Below are positions 21,211 to 31,725 of a DNA stretch of 64,000 nt, piece after piece. How positions within the stretch are numbered: the stretch's first letter is position 1; every line of letters begins with the position of its first letter. This DNA comes from an uncultured Candidatus Saccharibacteria bacterium. Lineage in GTDB: Bacteria; Patescibacteriota; Minisyncoccia; UBA6257; 2-01-FULL-56-20. Location of the stretch: positions 1,310 through 65,309 of the forward strand of contig CAYXSS010000002.1 of NCBI GenBank assembly GCA_964467765.1. The letters are read 5' to 3'. The translations under genes and the position numbers were made by a program. A model generated the notes under the pieces. That model was not told the DNA's origin, made no database searches, and saw only the letters and a program-made list of their open reading frames with translations.

Positions 21211-22566
21211 ATGCCGATTGTACAGACTGAACCGACCTCCTATAAGGGAACTGGCGACGCCAAACGGCATCGCGACAAACAAAGAGAAGCTCTGAAGAAA
21301 AAACTTCCGGAAATCATTTCCGAGGAAGCGATTATTACCAAAAAGAAATCGGGAATCGTGAAGGTTCCCATAAAAATGATCGATATTCCTCACTTCCGTC
21401 CGCGGCGCGATTGTCGGGGCGCTGGCGGCGGTCAAGGCCCTTACCAACCAGGCGATATTTTGAAAAGAAAGCCTGGTCAAGGCAACAAGCCTGGCGAAGC
21501 CGGACAAGAGCCCGGCGTAGACTATATTGAAACGGAAATTTCCATAGAGGAATTGATAGAAATGATGCTCGAAGATATCGGTTTGCCGCGGCTCACGGAG
21601 AAAACGCAGAAATCCATACTGGTGGAACTTGGATATCGCGTAGCCGGTCGCCAAAAATCCGGACCATGGCCGCTTCTAGACAAAAAAGCAACCGTGAAAG
21701 AGGGAATAAAAAGATTTTGGTTTTGCCTGCGGGCGGTTCAGACGGAGGCCGACTCCGACGAGCTTGCGGCCTTCGCCGCGCTCAAAGAAACGAACGGCGA
21801 CGTTCAAGCCGCCATAGAATTTTTACGAAGCGGCAAAACTCTTAAACCGTTCGAAAAAATAGAACCATTCCCGATTTTTGCGGCCGACGACATGCGCTTC
21901 CATAAAATTAAAGAAAATATGGAGGAAAGGTCGCGGGCGGTGGTAATAGCAATGATGGATGTTTCCGCATCGATGACTGATGTAAAAAAATATTATGCCC
22001 GCTCGACTATTTTTTGGCTGGTCAGCTTCCTAAGAACCATTTACAAGCAGGTTGAAATCAGGTTTATCGTGCATCATGCTACGGCCAGGATTGTTGACGA
22101 AGAAGAATTTTTCAAGGTCGGCGAGAGCGGCGGGACGCTGTGCCACAGTGCCTACGAACTTGCCGAGAGCTTGATTAAATCTGAATATCCGACGGAAGGC
22201 TGGAACGTTTATGTTTGGCATTTTTCCGACGGCGAAGATTTTAATGCCGATGAGACTTGTAAAGCGGCTGCGAAGTTGATTGATTTGGGAATTAATATGC
22301 TTGGTTATGGCGAGATAAATCCGGAAGAGGAGTGGGGCGTGATGACAGCGGCACTGCCGAACTTTAAGGGGCTTGCCGAATCAGTTCTTTGGAAATACTT
22401 GCGCAGCCATTTTTCTCTGCGCGAATCCAAAGATAGCAACGAAGTCAAACTTATGACCAAAGACAACCTGCCGTTTCTTGCGGTATTTATTTCCGCGCGC
22501 AAGCACATATTTTTGGCGCTTAAGGAATTTCTTCGCAAGGATCGGTGGAAGGAGGTGACACGATGA
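21211..22566 (+). CDS. yeaH: YeaH/YhbH (DUF444) vWA-type protein
   Basis: D..RH, AMMDVSASM, IVHH..A, ESGGT, WNVY..HFSDGED. Confidence 0.88.
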   Translation: MPIVQTEPTSYKGTGDAKRHRDKQREALKKKLPEIISEEAIITKKKSGIVKVPIKMIDIPHFRPRRDCRGAGGGQGPYQPGDILKRKPGQGNKPGEAGQEPGVDYIETEISIEELIEMMLEDIGLPRLTEKTQKSILVELGYRVAGRQKSGPWPLLDKKATVKEGIKRFWFCLRAVQTEADSDELAAFAALKETNGDVQAAIEFLRSGKTLKPFEKIEPFPIFAADDMRFHKIKENMEERSRAVVIAMMDVSASMTDVKKYYARSTIFWLVSFLRTIYKQVEIRFIVHHATARIVDEEEFFKVGESGGTLCHSAYELAESLIKSEYPTEGWNVYVWHFSDGEDFNADETCKAAAKLIDLGINMLGYGEINPEEEWGVMTAALPNFKGLAESVLWKYLRSHFSLRESKDSNEVKLMTKDNLPFLAVFISARKHIFLALKEFLRKDRWKEVTR

Positions 22567-24077
22567 AAAAAACAGACATCGCCCGTTTGTCCAAAATAGA
22601 AGACCGCATACGCCGTATTGCCGAGGATAACGGCCTTCTGACCACAGACATCCTTTTTGAGGTCGTTCCGGCAAGGAAAATGCTTGAATCCATGGCCTAC
22701 ATGTTTCCGACGAATTTTTCCCATTGGTCTTTCGGCAGGGATTACGAAAAATATAGGACGATTTACGAATATACCGGATCGGGAATTCCCTACGAACAAG
22801 TTTGGAATTTCGATAAGCCGCGCGCTTTGATTGTCGAAACAAACCCCGTTGCTCTCAACATCATGGTCATCGCGCATGTTTTCGGGCACGTAGATTTTTT
22901 CTTGGCAAACGGTTTTTTACGCCGTGGCAGGGAAGTTGCCGATATTGCCGAAGAGGCGAGAAATGCGGCAAATCGCTTTGCCGCCTACGAAGAACGATTC
23001 GGCAAACAGGATGTGGAGCGGGTTATGGATGCCGCCATGTCGATCATGTGGCACGAAAACCCCGATCCGTTTTTCGATGAACCTGAAGAAGAAGAATTAC
23101 GCGAGCGCCTAATAGAGATCGAGAGGGCGAAGCTGGAACGGACCCGCAGTCTCAAGTCCGAATTCAGCAAGCCCGAAAGTAGAGAAGAAACAGCGGCCAT
23201 CGAAGAAAAGCTTGCGGAGCTTATGAAAAAGACTCCACCGGAGCCGACACACGACCTTTTGCTTTATATTTCGCGCCGATCGCCTAAACCATTGAAGCCT
23301 TGGATGGCGGATGTTATAAGCGTGATTCGCCGCCAAGCGAGAGCTTTGTCTCCCAACAGGCGCACGAAGATGCTTAATGAGGGCTGGGCCACATATTGGC
23401 ACGTAAAAATCATGCGGCAGCTTTTTCAGGAAGGACTTTTGACGGCGGAAGAGCACGGCGTTTTTAACGAGTTTCACTCCGCAGTTACGCGGCAAAATAG
23501 AATGTCTCTTAACTGGTACGGAGTGGGATTGGCTCTTTTGAACGAGATAGAGGACAGATGGAACAAGGGGCGCTTTGGCGGGGATTATGAAAAATGCAAC
23601 GATGCCTACAAACTGGCCGATTGGGATACGGGCGCAATGTTGGGCAAGAAAAAACTTTTCGAAATAAGGTCCGCGTATAGCGACAGAATGGCCGTAGAGG
23701 AATTTTTCACCGACGAATTTATCCGCGACCAAGAACTTTACCTTTATACCGAAAGCGTGAATCCTCAAGACGGTTCCGTGGAATACGTCGTCGACGAAGA
23801 CGATCCGGAAATAATCAGGCGCAGACTGAAATCGCTTTTCACCCTTTACGGAACGCCGTTGATTACGGTTGAGGACGGAGATTGTGACGGAGCAAAAGAG
23901 TTGTACCTTAAACACCGTTTTTCCGGCTATGAGCTGGATCCGCACTACAGAAACGGCACATTGCGTAAAATTTATGATCTATGGGGCAAACCCGTGCATC
24001 TTGAAGCAGCACACGATGGAAAACTGAAACTATTCACTTTTGATGGCAAGGGCTTCAGCGAATCCATCATGCTCTAA
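22563..24077 (+). CDS. spoVR: SpoVR/YcgB family protein
   Basis: HWSFG, YE, VIAHVFGHVDFF, TKMLNEGWATYWH, LWGKPVHLE; ATGA overlap with yeaH. Confidence 0.9.
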   Translation: MKKTDIARLSKIEDRIRRIAEDNGLLTTDILFEVVPARKMLESMAYMFPTNFSHWSFGRDYEKYRTIYEYTGSGIPYEQVWNFDKPRALIVETNPVALNIMVIAHVFGHVDFFLANGFLRRGREVADIAEEARNAANRFAAYEERFGKQDVERVMDAAMSIMWHENPDPFFDEPEEEELRERLIEIERAKLERTRSLKSEFSKPESREETAAIEEKLAELMKKTPPEPTHDLLLYISRRSPKPLKPWMADVISVIRRQARALSPNRRTKMLNEGWATYWHVKIMRQLFQEGLLTAEEHGVFNEFHSAVTRQNRMSLNWYGVGLALLNEIEDRWNKGRFGGDYEKCNDAYKLADWDTGAMLGKKKLFEIRSAYSDRMAVEEFFTDEFIRDQELYLYTESVNPQDGSVEYVVDEDDPEIIRRRLKSLFTLYGTPLITVEDGDCDGAKELYLKHRFSGYELDPHYRNGTLRKIYDLWGKPVHLEAAHDGKLKLFTFDGKGFSESIML

Positions 24078-25078
24078 TCAGAGCCGCCGAAACAAGGCGG
24101 CTTTTTTATACCATTAATAATTCGAGGCGCTGAACGCGTGCCGGTTAAAAATTTTTTTACTGCCGCAACGGCTTCTCGTTCGCTTTTCACCCACTTTATT
24201 TTTTTGTCTTTTTTAAACCAGGTCATTTGTCTTTTGGCATATTTGATCGTGCCGCTTTCCATTTTCGCGAGGGATGTCGCCAGGTCGCAGCGCCCTTTTA
24301 AATAATCGATAATTTCTCCATAACCGATCGCTTCGAATGCTTTAGTGGTCTCTCCGTAGCGGGCAACAAGTTTTTTTATCTCCCTTACCAAACCCAGCTT
24401 GATCATTTTCTTTGCCCGCAGATTTATTTTTTTTCGTAGTTTATTCTTGGAAATTTTTATGCCAAGTTTCAAAACATCAAAAAGCGGCGCGCCGCTCTTG
24501 CGTTGGGCGGTGAATGGTTGGCCGGTCTGTATTGCTACCTCAAGCGCCCGGATAACGCGCCGCGGATTTTTCAGGTCAATGATATAGGCCGCTTCCGGAT
24601 CTAGTTCGATCAGTTTTTCTGCCAGATTGCCAAGCCCCTCGGTTTGCATTTTTTTCTCAAGACGTTCGCGCAAGACGGGGTTTGCCGCGACTTTTGGAAT
24701 ATCGAGATTATCCACGACGGCTTTAACGTAAAGGCCAGTGCCGCCAACAAGAATTGCAACCTTCTTCTTGTCAAATATTTTATTTATTGCTTTTACGGCA
24801 TCAAATTTAAAATCGGCAACGTCATAATCTTCGTCGGGATTTTTGATGTCGATAAGATGATGCTGGACTCGGCGCATTTCCTTTTTTGTTGGTTTTGCCG
24901 TGCCGATGTCCATGCCCCGGTATATTTGCCTGGAGTCGGCCGAAACTATCTCCGCCCCTTCGATGCCGAAGAGTTTCCGCTGCCGCGGCAAGGAAAGCCA
25001 AGCTGCGATTTTTACGGCCAGAGCGGTTTTTCCGCTTGCGGTTGGGCCGACGACAGCAATAAGCTTGTCTGTTGACAT
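24074..25078 (-). CDS. miaA: tRNA dimethylallyltransferase
   Basis: GPTASGKT, SADSRQIYRGMDIGTAKP, VGGTGLY, YAKRQMTWF. Confidence 0.96.
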   Translation of the reverse strand: MSTDKLIAVVGPTASGKTALAVKIAAWLSLPRQRKLFGIEGAEIVSADSRQIYRGMDIGTAKPTKKEMRRVQHHLIDIKNPDEDYDVADFKFDAVKAINKIFDKKKVAILVGGTGLYVKAVVDNLDIPKVAANPVLRERLEKKMQTEGLGNLAEKLIELDPEAAYIIDLKNPRRVIRALEVAIQTGQPFTAQRKSGAPLFDVLKLGIKISKNKLRKKINLRAKKMIKLGLVREIKKLVARYGETTKAFEAIGYGEIIDYLKGRCDLATSLAKMESGTIKYAKRQMTWFKKDKKIKWVKSEREAVAAVKKFLTGTRSAPRIINGIKKPPCFGGSD

Positions 25079-25356
25079 GAAAATAATTATCTGTTATACT
25101 TTGCAATAGTCAACCCTTAGCGGGTTTTGGAGGATGAAATGCATAAGGAAGCTGCGAGCATCATTCTGGGCGCGAGTCTTGTCGGTCTTTTTTGCGCGAT
25201 CTTTTCCGCTCCGCAGGAAGAATCGGAAGAGAAGCGGATGGTTGCTTGGGCAGAGTGTCCCTGGCCATCCGTGCGGCAGGTTTCGCAAATGGTCCACTAG
25301 ACGTTGCCGTAGAAACAAAAAAGCCATCGTTTTGACGATGGCTTTAGTTTTTAAAT

Positions 25357-26112
25357 TCAGCGCCTGATTTTTGCCAGGATAGAATCGCAGAATTTTTCAA
25401 CCTCGCATTGCAGCGGTTCAAGTTTTTGCCAGTTGTTGTCAATGCGGTAATCGCATCTTTTGCCTATTTTCGAGATAAGTATTTCCGTCGGAGCTTGGCA
25501 TTGTTTTACGAAATCTTCTTTGCTGGTTGCCTCTTCTCCCTGTCTCCGCCTGGTTTTCAGACGTTCATATCTTGTGTCGAGATTGGCCGTTACGTAGAGC
25601 ATGACATTGTTCGGAAAGCTTCTCAAAACAGTTTCGTCGTTGGCCAGACGGAGGGCATCGAAGTGCACTACATCCGCAGCGCATTGCTCGATATAAAATT
25701 TCAAAACCCGGGCTGTGGTGCCGTCGCCGAAGGCGCGTTCCATAATAACAGGCAGCTTTTGCAGATTTTCCCGGTTTATTTCCAGTTTTTCCGGCGGAGG
25801 ATCGCCGAAAGAATTTGGTTCGAAAAGCAGCGCAAGGCAAGACCTTCTTATGTTGCTTTCATTTGTTTCTATGAGCCAGAGACGGAGAATAGCTTCCAAT
25901 TTTTCGCGGAGAGGTTTCCCGATAAGACCGATTTTGCCGCCATAAATTACCTGCTGAAGCTGTTTTATGGTATCTGTTAGGAATCCGCTCGACCTTACAT
26001 GTCCGGTTGTGAAGCCGTTTTTGCCTGCCCATTCGTTTATTAATCCGATAACAGTTTCTTTTCCGGCGAGCGCCTCACCTACGTATCCGATGACAAGTTT
26101 ATCTGGCATCAT
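25357..26112 (-). CDS. P-loop nucleotide kinase-like protein (dephospho-CoA/dNMP kinase-like)
   Basis: GEALAGKET P-loop, RENLQ, DALR, TRYERL..R, DYRIDN. Confidence 0.65.
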   Translation of the reverse strand: MMPDKLVIGYVGEALAGKETVIGLINEWAGKNGFTTGHVRSSGFLTDTIKQLQQVIYGGKIGLIGKPLREKLEAILRLWLIETNESNIRRSCLALLFEPNSFGDPPPEKLEINRENLQKLPVIMERAFGDGTTARVLKFYIEQCAADVVHFDALRLANDETVLRSFPNNVMLYVTANLDTRYERLKTRRRQGEEATSKEDFVKQCQAPTEILISKIGKRCDYRIDNNWQKLEPLQCEVEKFCDSILAKIRR

Positions 26113-26182
26113 GCGTCCTTTCGGCGAAAAGTAAAATAAGCTGTTTTTATGCTACTATAAAAATAAATTTTTTCCAAGCTCT

Positions 26183-27001
26183 ATGAAATTTTTCGACGCC
26201 CACACGCATATCCATTTTCCGGCATACGACCTCGACCGCGAGGAAGTTTTTTCCCGCGCACAATCGGCTGGCGTGAGAATGATTACGGTGGGCACGCAGT
26301 TTTCGACTTCCGCCTCCGCCGTTGAATTCGCCAGGCTGCACAAAGGCGATGCTTGGGCAACCGTTGGATTTCACCCGGCGCACTTTTCGGAAAAATGGTA
26401 CCACGACAAAAATGAACAAGCGGCGGCGGGACGGCAGGAGTTTGACATAAAAGAGCTTCGTAAGCTGGCCGAGAATCCGGAGGTTGTGGCGATAGGCGAG
26501 TGCGGCTTGGATTATTTTAGAGACGCTTCACCCAAAACAAAAAATGGACAGAGAGAAGCGTTTATGGCCCAGATGAAATTGGCGCGCGAAGTTAAAAAAC
26601 CCTTGATGATACATTGCCGCGCCGCCTTCGGCGACCTTATAGAAATGCTTCACGCTTCGCGCCAAATGCTTCAGGATTGTCCCGGCGCGATTCATTTTTT
26701 TTCGGGTACCGCAGAAGATGCCAAAAAAATATTGGAGCTTGGGTTTTCATTCACCTTTGGCGGCGTTGTTACTTTCTCCCGCGATTACGACGAAGTAATT
26801 AAATATGTTCCGCTGGACCGGATTTTGTCCGAAACCGATGCGCCGTATGTTGCGCCCGTGCCGTATCGCGGCAAGCGCAACGAGCCGGCTTATGTTGTTG
26901 AGGTTGTGAAAAAACTGGCGGAGATAAAGAGGGTTTCTGTCGAAGAAATGACAGGAAAAATTCTTACAAATGCGCGGTCCGTTTTCAGAATAAGAATATA
27001 A
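26183..27001 (+). CDS. tatD: TatD family hydrolase
   Basis: DAHTH, GFHP, IGECGLDY, IHCR, HFFSG, ETDAPY, RNEP. Confidence 0.95.
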   Translation: MKFFDAHTHIHFPAYDLDREEVFSRAQSAGVRMITVGTQFSTSASAVEFARLHKGDAWATVGFHPAHFSEKWYHDKNEQAAAGRQEFDIKELRKLAENPEVVAIGECGLDYFRDASPKTKNGQREAFMAQMKLAREVKKPLMIHCRAAFGDLIEMLHASRQMLQDCPGAIHFFSGTAEDAKKILELGFSFTFGGVVTFSRDYDEVIKYVPLDRILSETDAPYVAPVPYRGKRNEPAYVVEVVKKLAEIKRVSVEEMTGKILTNARSVFRIRI

Positions 27002-27037
27002 AAAGCCCCGAACCTATTGGTTTGGAGCTTTGCCGCG

Positions 27038-27697
27038 TCAGAGCATCTTAAGCGCTGACGGACCGATTTTCATGTGAAGCGTGAGCGTGTCGGGCAGTAG
27101 GTGGGCAATGCAGACGCCGATCGCCACGTGGAGAATCGCTAGAAGATATGGATTTTTAAAGTACAACCCCGCGAATTTGTAATTTTTGAGGAACACGTAG
27201 GCGCTTGCCATGCCGGTAAAAAGCGTGACGATCATCAGTAGCGGATTCGGGGCGTGCACCAGAGAAAAAACGACTCCCGTTGCTATTGCCGCGGAAAGAT
27301 TGCCGTGGAAAACATTGGCGAATCGTCTCGCGAAGTAGCCGTTCAAAAGGAGTTGCTGGAAGAAGGCCCAGCCGAAATAACGGAGAGCGTGGCCAAGAAT
27401 TTTTATCGTGGCTGGCATTGTCCCCTCAGTCGTTTTTTGGCTGTAAGCTGCGAATATTACGGCAAAAGAAGAGAAAATAAGCAACAGAAGAGAGAGTACG
27501 AGCCATAATCTTTTCATGCTCGGCGGACGTAGGCCGAGATTCTCGAAAGATTCTTTTCGTGAAATCCAGCTGCCGACAACTATGAAAAGCGCCACGGTTG
27601 CGGCGAGAAACGATTTTCTTCCTGCGAACCATATCTGGTAAATTATCAGAAAAAAAACAGAGGAAACCTCGATCCATATTTGTAGTTTCCGGCTCAT
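27038..27697 (-). CDS. CPBP (CAAX/Abi)-like intramembrane protein
   Basis: multi-TM, WAFFQQ (EE replaced by QQ), FSLVHAPN, LAILH; start at ATG 27697. Confidence 0.7.
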   Translation of the reverse strand: MSRKLQIWIEVSSVFFLIIYQIWFAGRKSFLAATVALFIVVGSWISRKESFENLGLRPPSMKRLWLVLSLLLLIFSSFAVIFAAYSQKTTEGTMPATIKILGHALRYFGWAFFQQLLLNGYFARRFANVFHGNLSAAIATGVVFSLVHAPNPLLMIVTLFTGMASAYVFLKNYKFAGLYFKNPYLLAILHVAIGVCIAHLLPDTLTLHMKIGPSALKML

Positions 27698-27704
27698 ATT
27701 CTCG

Positions 27705-28649
27705 TCAATTCCTGAAGAACAGAATCCATGTGAAATCGACCATGGCGTGGAGCAGGGAAGATGCGAGAATCGATTTGGTTTTGTGGTAAACCCAGCCGTA
27801 AGCCAGGCCGGCGATAGTGGCAAAAAGCACGTACCACCAGTTTGGGAAATGAAATGTCGCGAGCGTTGTCCCCGTGGTGTGGCCGATGTGCGTTAACCCG
27901 AAAACAATCGATGTCCATAGAAGAGCCGAAGCGAATTTCATTCTGGTGAGGAAAAAATTCTGAATTATGCCACGGAAGATTATTTCTTCGGAAAGGGCGA
28001 TGTTCAGCAATACGCCCAGCGTGAAATCAATCGGTATGCGCCATAGTGAATGCGTTCCGAACCATCCAAGTCCGGGTTTTAGGAAATTGATGTAGATACC
28101 CAGCGGCGCGATGCTAATCATAAGCATTGCGTAGCAGAAAAAGACTCTTCGCAAGCCTTTTTCACCGAAAGACCAGTTGCAGTTAAGTGTCAGATTTTTC
28201 CAGGCATAAACAACGATCAGCGTGTAGACAATCAGGCTCCAGACGCCGCCGGGAAAAGTGAGACCAGCGGTAGTTGTCCATTTTCTTGGCACAATGCTCA
28301 GAACTGGAGGCAGCACTATCGCGAGTATGATAGCTATGTCTGGGAAATCGGCGAGATTTTTTGGCGCTTTTATTTTATTGTTCAGATAAATCAGAAGCGT
28401 TGGTAGAAAAAGATACAGGGAAAAATAGAAAAGGACTTCAAGATTTTGTTTATGGTTTATCATGGCAAACGCCGCGTAGTTCAGGGAGAGAATTGCGGAC
28501 AAAGCAAACAAACGCAGCGGTTTTTGCGAGAACCACAAACCTACCGGATCCCTTAACCGTTGAGAAACAAGAACGATAATCGTCAAGATCAAAAACAAGC
28601 CAGGCAGGAGGCAAAGCGCTCCGTACATTTCGCCACCCCAAAGTGTCAA
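27705..28649 (-). CDS. CPBP (CAAX/Abi) intramembrane metalloprotease
   Basis: EEIIFRG, FGLTH, LLHAMVD. Confidence 0.88.
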   Translation of the reverse strand: MTLWGGEMYGALCLLPGLFLILTIIVLVSQRLRDPVGLWFSQKPLRLFALSAILSLNYAAFAMINHKQNLEVLFYFSLYLFLPTLLIYLNNKIKAPKNLADFPDIAIILAIVLPPVLSIVPRKWTTTAGLTFPGGVWSLIVYTLIVVYAWKNLTLNCNWSFGEKGLRRVFFCYAMLMISIAPLGIYINFLKPGLGWFGTHSLWRIPIDFTLGVLLNIALSEEIIFRGIIQNFFLTRMKFASALLWTSIVFGLTHIGHTTGTTLATFHFPNWWYVLFATIAGLAYGWVYHKTKSILASSLLHAMVDFTWILFFRN

Positions 28650-28753
28650 GAAACTAGTTCAATTTTATATGGGTTTATATTAAAAAATCAAGCTTATTTA
28701 TCGAGAAGATTTGAGAAAACCGCGTCAATCGGATAAAATCGAGATTAATATTA

Positions 28754-31693
28754 ATGAAGTACGATCCTAAGAAAATCGAATCGAAGTGGCAAAAGAAGTG
28801 GCTGGAAGAAAAAGTTTTTCGCGCCAGTGACCCGTTCGACTACACCCAGGGCAAGCCGCAGAAACAAAAATATTATCAGCTGGAAACATTTCCTTATCCT
28901 TCGGCTGCTGGTTTGCATGTCGGCCATCCCAAGGGCTACATCGCCGAAGATATCCACGCCCGCTTTATGCGCATGAACGGGCGCGAGGTTCTCTATACAA
29001 TGGGCTGGGATGCTTTTGGATTGCCGACGGAAAATTACGCGATCAAAGTCGGCAAATCGCCGCAGGAAGTCGCGGCGGAGAACATTAAAAACTTCAAGCG
29101 GCAGGTACGGATGTTCGGCCTCTCTTATGACTGGGATCGGGAAATCAACACTTCGAGCCCGGATTATTATAAGTGGACACAGTGGATTTTTATAAAGCTA
29201 TGGGAGAGGGGATTGGCTTACAGGAAAAAGGCGCCCGTCAATTGGTGCCCGCAAGACCAAACCGTTTTGGCGAACGAGCAGGTGATAAATGGCAAGTGCG
29301 AGAGGTGCGGGGCGGAAATAGAGCAGAGAGAAATGGAGCAGTGGTTTTTTCGCATCACCGATTACGCGGAAAGACTACTTGCCGATTTACGCGATCTTGA
29401 TTGGCCGGCGGCGACGATAAAGCGCCAGGAGGATTGGATAGGAAAATCGGAAGGAGCAGAGCTTGATTTTGAAATCAAAACGGACGAGCCGCCGAATTTC
29501 GTTTTGCTTCATGGCTACAAAGGTTCGCCGGAGAAAAATTTTTTCCCTTGGCTGAAAAAGGAATTGGAAAATCGGGGTTATAAAGTCCAGGTGCCGGCAT
29601 TACCAAATCCTAAAAACCCCAGTGTTTACGATCAGGTTGATTATGTTATAAAAACAGTTTCTTTTGATGACAACACCGTTATTGTGGGGCATAGTTTGGG
29701 TTCGGTGGTTGCTTTAAAAGTTCTTGAGAGAATAAATCAGCCAGCCAGAAAAACCGTTTTAATTGGCGGATTTACGGAAAATAATTTCGTAGACAATGAT
29801 AATTTCGAACCGAATATCTTCGACTGGAAATTCGATGTTAAAAAAATTAGCAAAAACGCCGGTTTTCTTTTGTCGATGAGAGACCTTACGGATGACGCGG
29901 TCCCACAATATCAACCCTTAAAACTTTCCGAAACTTTTGGTGGCCAATTGGTAGATTTTAAAGCCATAAAACCTCACGCTAGAAATACGAATGAGCCCGA
30001 AGTTCTTCGCCGGGCGTTGGATATTATAACCGTTTTTACAACCCGTCCCGACACGCTTTTCGGCGCGACTTATATGGTTTTGGCACCGGAGCATCCGCTT
30101 GTTGAAAATTTGAAATCGAAAATTGAAAATTGGCCGGAAGCAAAAAAATATATCGAGCAAGCTAAACGCAAAACGGAACTGCAGAGGCGTGAGGAAGTAA
30201 AAAATAAAACCGGCATAGAGCTCGCGGGCATAAAAGCGATGAATCCGGCAACCAAAGAAGAAACACCCGTTTGGGTCGCCGACTACGTTTTGATGGGTTA
30301 CGGCACGGGAGCGATTATGGCGGTGCCAGCGCATGACGAGCGCGACTATGAATTCGCCAAAAAATTTGAGCTACCTGTTCGACGCGTGGTTCATGGAGTC
30401 GGCGGCGGCATTGTTTATGTTGGTGTAGGGAAAATGGTTAACTCTGGCAAGTTCGACGGTATGGATTCGGAAAAAGCGAAATGGGAAATCACTAAATATG
30501 TTGGCGGCGAAAGGAAAATCCAATACAAACTGCGCGACTGGTCGGTTTCTCGACAGCGCTATTGGGGCTGTCCCATACCGATGATTTACTGCGAGACATG
30601 CGGCATTGTTCCGGTGCCGGAGAAAGATTTGCCTGTAAAATTGCCGTCCCTTGAAGACTATCGGCCCAAAGGAATTCCGCCGCTTGCCGCTTCGGAAAAA
30701 TTTATAAACGTGAAATGCCCGAAATGCGGCGGCGAGGCCAGGCGAGACCCGGAAACACTCGACACTTTCGTAGATTCGTCCTGGTATTTTTTGCGCTACA
30801 CCGATCCGCATAACGAAAAAGAGCCGTTCGATAAGAAAAAAGCTGCGCACTGGCTCCCAGTCGATCTTTATGTGATTGGCGCGGAACATACGACGGCGCA
30901 CCTGCTCTATGCACGGTTTATCACTAAGTTTATGAGAGATGCAGGCCATCTTCGGTTCGGTGAGCCGTTTTTGAGATTAAGACACCAGGGACTGATTTTA
31001 GGGGAAGACGGACAGAAAATGTCCAAAAGCAAGGGAAATGTGGTAAACCCTGACGATCTGATAAACGAATTCGGAGCGGACACGGTGCGAGTCTACGAGA
31101 TGTTTATGGGCCCCTTTGAGCAAGGCCAGCCGTGGGACCCTAGGGGAGTTTTGGGCGCCAACAGATTTTTGAACCGCGTTTGGAATTATTTCGCCGCAGG
31201 CAATTTTTCCGTAAGCGAAGAATCGCCAAAAACGACCAAACATATAATTCACAAGACGATAAAAAAAGTCAGCGAAGACATTGCCGGATTCAGTTTCAAT
31301 ACTGCAATTTCGGCTTTGATGGTTATGTTAAACGATCTTGAAAAATCTGGAGAAAAAATTTCCAAAAGCGACGCGGAAACGGCGCTTAAAATGATCCATC
31401 CTTTCGCCCCACACATCTCACAGGAACTTTGGTCGCGGCTTGAAAACGATAGCTACTTGGATTTCGAGCCGTGGCCCGAACATAATGAAGATCTTGCGCG
31501 CGAAGAAAAAATCACGGTTGTTATACAGATCAACGGAAAAGTGCGAGACAGTTTCGAGGCCGCAAATGGTCTTGCCGAAAAAGACGCGCGCGAGCGCGCC
31601 CTTAAAAGCGAAAAAGTGCGAAAATATCTGGGAAACAGCAATCCCAGGAAATTTATTTACGTACAGGATAAAATAATAAATATAGTGATTTAA
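28754..31693 (+). CDS. leuS: leucine--tRNA ligase with inserted alpha/beta hydrolase domain
   Basis: FPYPSAAGLHVGH, FTTRPDT, YGTGAIMAVPAHDERD, KMSKS; insert of about 180 aa with LLHG and GHSLG. Confidence 0.95.
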   Translation: MKYDPKKIESKWQKKWLEEKVFRASDPFDYTQGKPQKQKYYQLETFPYPSAAGLHVGHPKGYIAEDIHARFMRMNGREVLYTMGWDAFGLPTENYAIKVGKSPQEVAAENIKNFKRQVRMFGLSYDWDREINTSSPDYYKWTQWIFIKLWERGLAYRKKAPVNWCPQDQTVLANEQVINGKCERCGAEIEQREMEQWFFRITDYAERLLADLRDLDWPAATIKRQEDWIGKSEGAELDFEIKTDEPPNFVLLHGYKGSPEKNFFPWLKKELENRGYKVQVPALPNPKNPSVYDQVDYVIKTVSFDDNTVIVGHSLGSVVALKVLERINQPARKTVLIGGFTENNFVDNDNFEPNIFDWKFDVKKISKNAGFLLSMRDLTDDAVPQYQPLKLSETFGGQLVDFKAIKPHARNTNEPEVLRRALDIITVFTTRPDTLFGATYMVLAPEHPLVENLKSKIENWPEAKKYIEQAKRKTELQRREEVKNKTGIELAGIKAMNPATKEETPVWVADYVLMGYGTGAIMAVPAHDERDYEFAKKFELPVRRVVHGVGGGIVYVGVGKMVNSGKFDGMDSEKAKWEITKYVGGERKIQYKLRDWSVSRQRYWGCPIPMIYCETCGIVPVPEKDLPVKLPSLEDYRPKGIPPLAASEKFINVKCPKCGGEARRDPETLDTFVDSSWYFLRYTDPHNEKEPFDKKKAAHWLPVDLYVIGAEHTTAHLLYARFITKFMRDAGHLRFGEPFLRLRHQGLILGEDGQKMSKSKGNVVNPDDLINEFGADTVRVYEMFMGPFEQGQPWDPRGVLGANRFLNRVWNYFAAGNFSVSEESPKTTKHIIHKTIKKVSEDIAGFSFNTAISALMVMLNDLEKSGEKISKSDAETALKMIHPFAPHISQELWSRLENDSYLDFEPWPEHNEDLAREEKITVVIQINGKVRDSFEAANGLAEKDARERALKSEKVRKYLGNSNPRKFIYVQDKIINIVI

Positions 31694-31725
31694 AAAGTCG
31701 TTTGTGTAATTATCTCGCGCGGTAA

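Noticed and set aside
29485-30020. Intein in leuS
   Set aside because: No N-terminal Cys/Ser block or C-terminal His-Asn; motifs fit a serine hydrolase.
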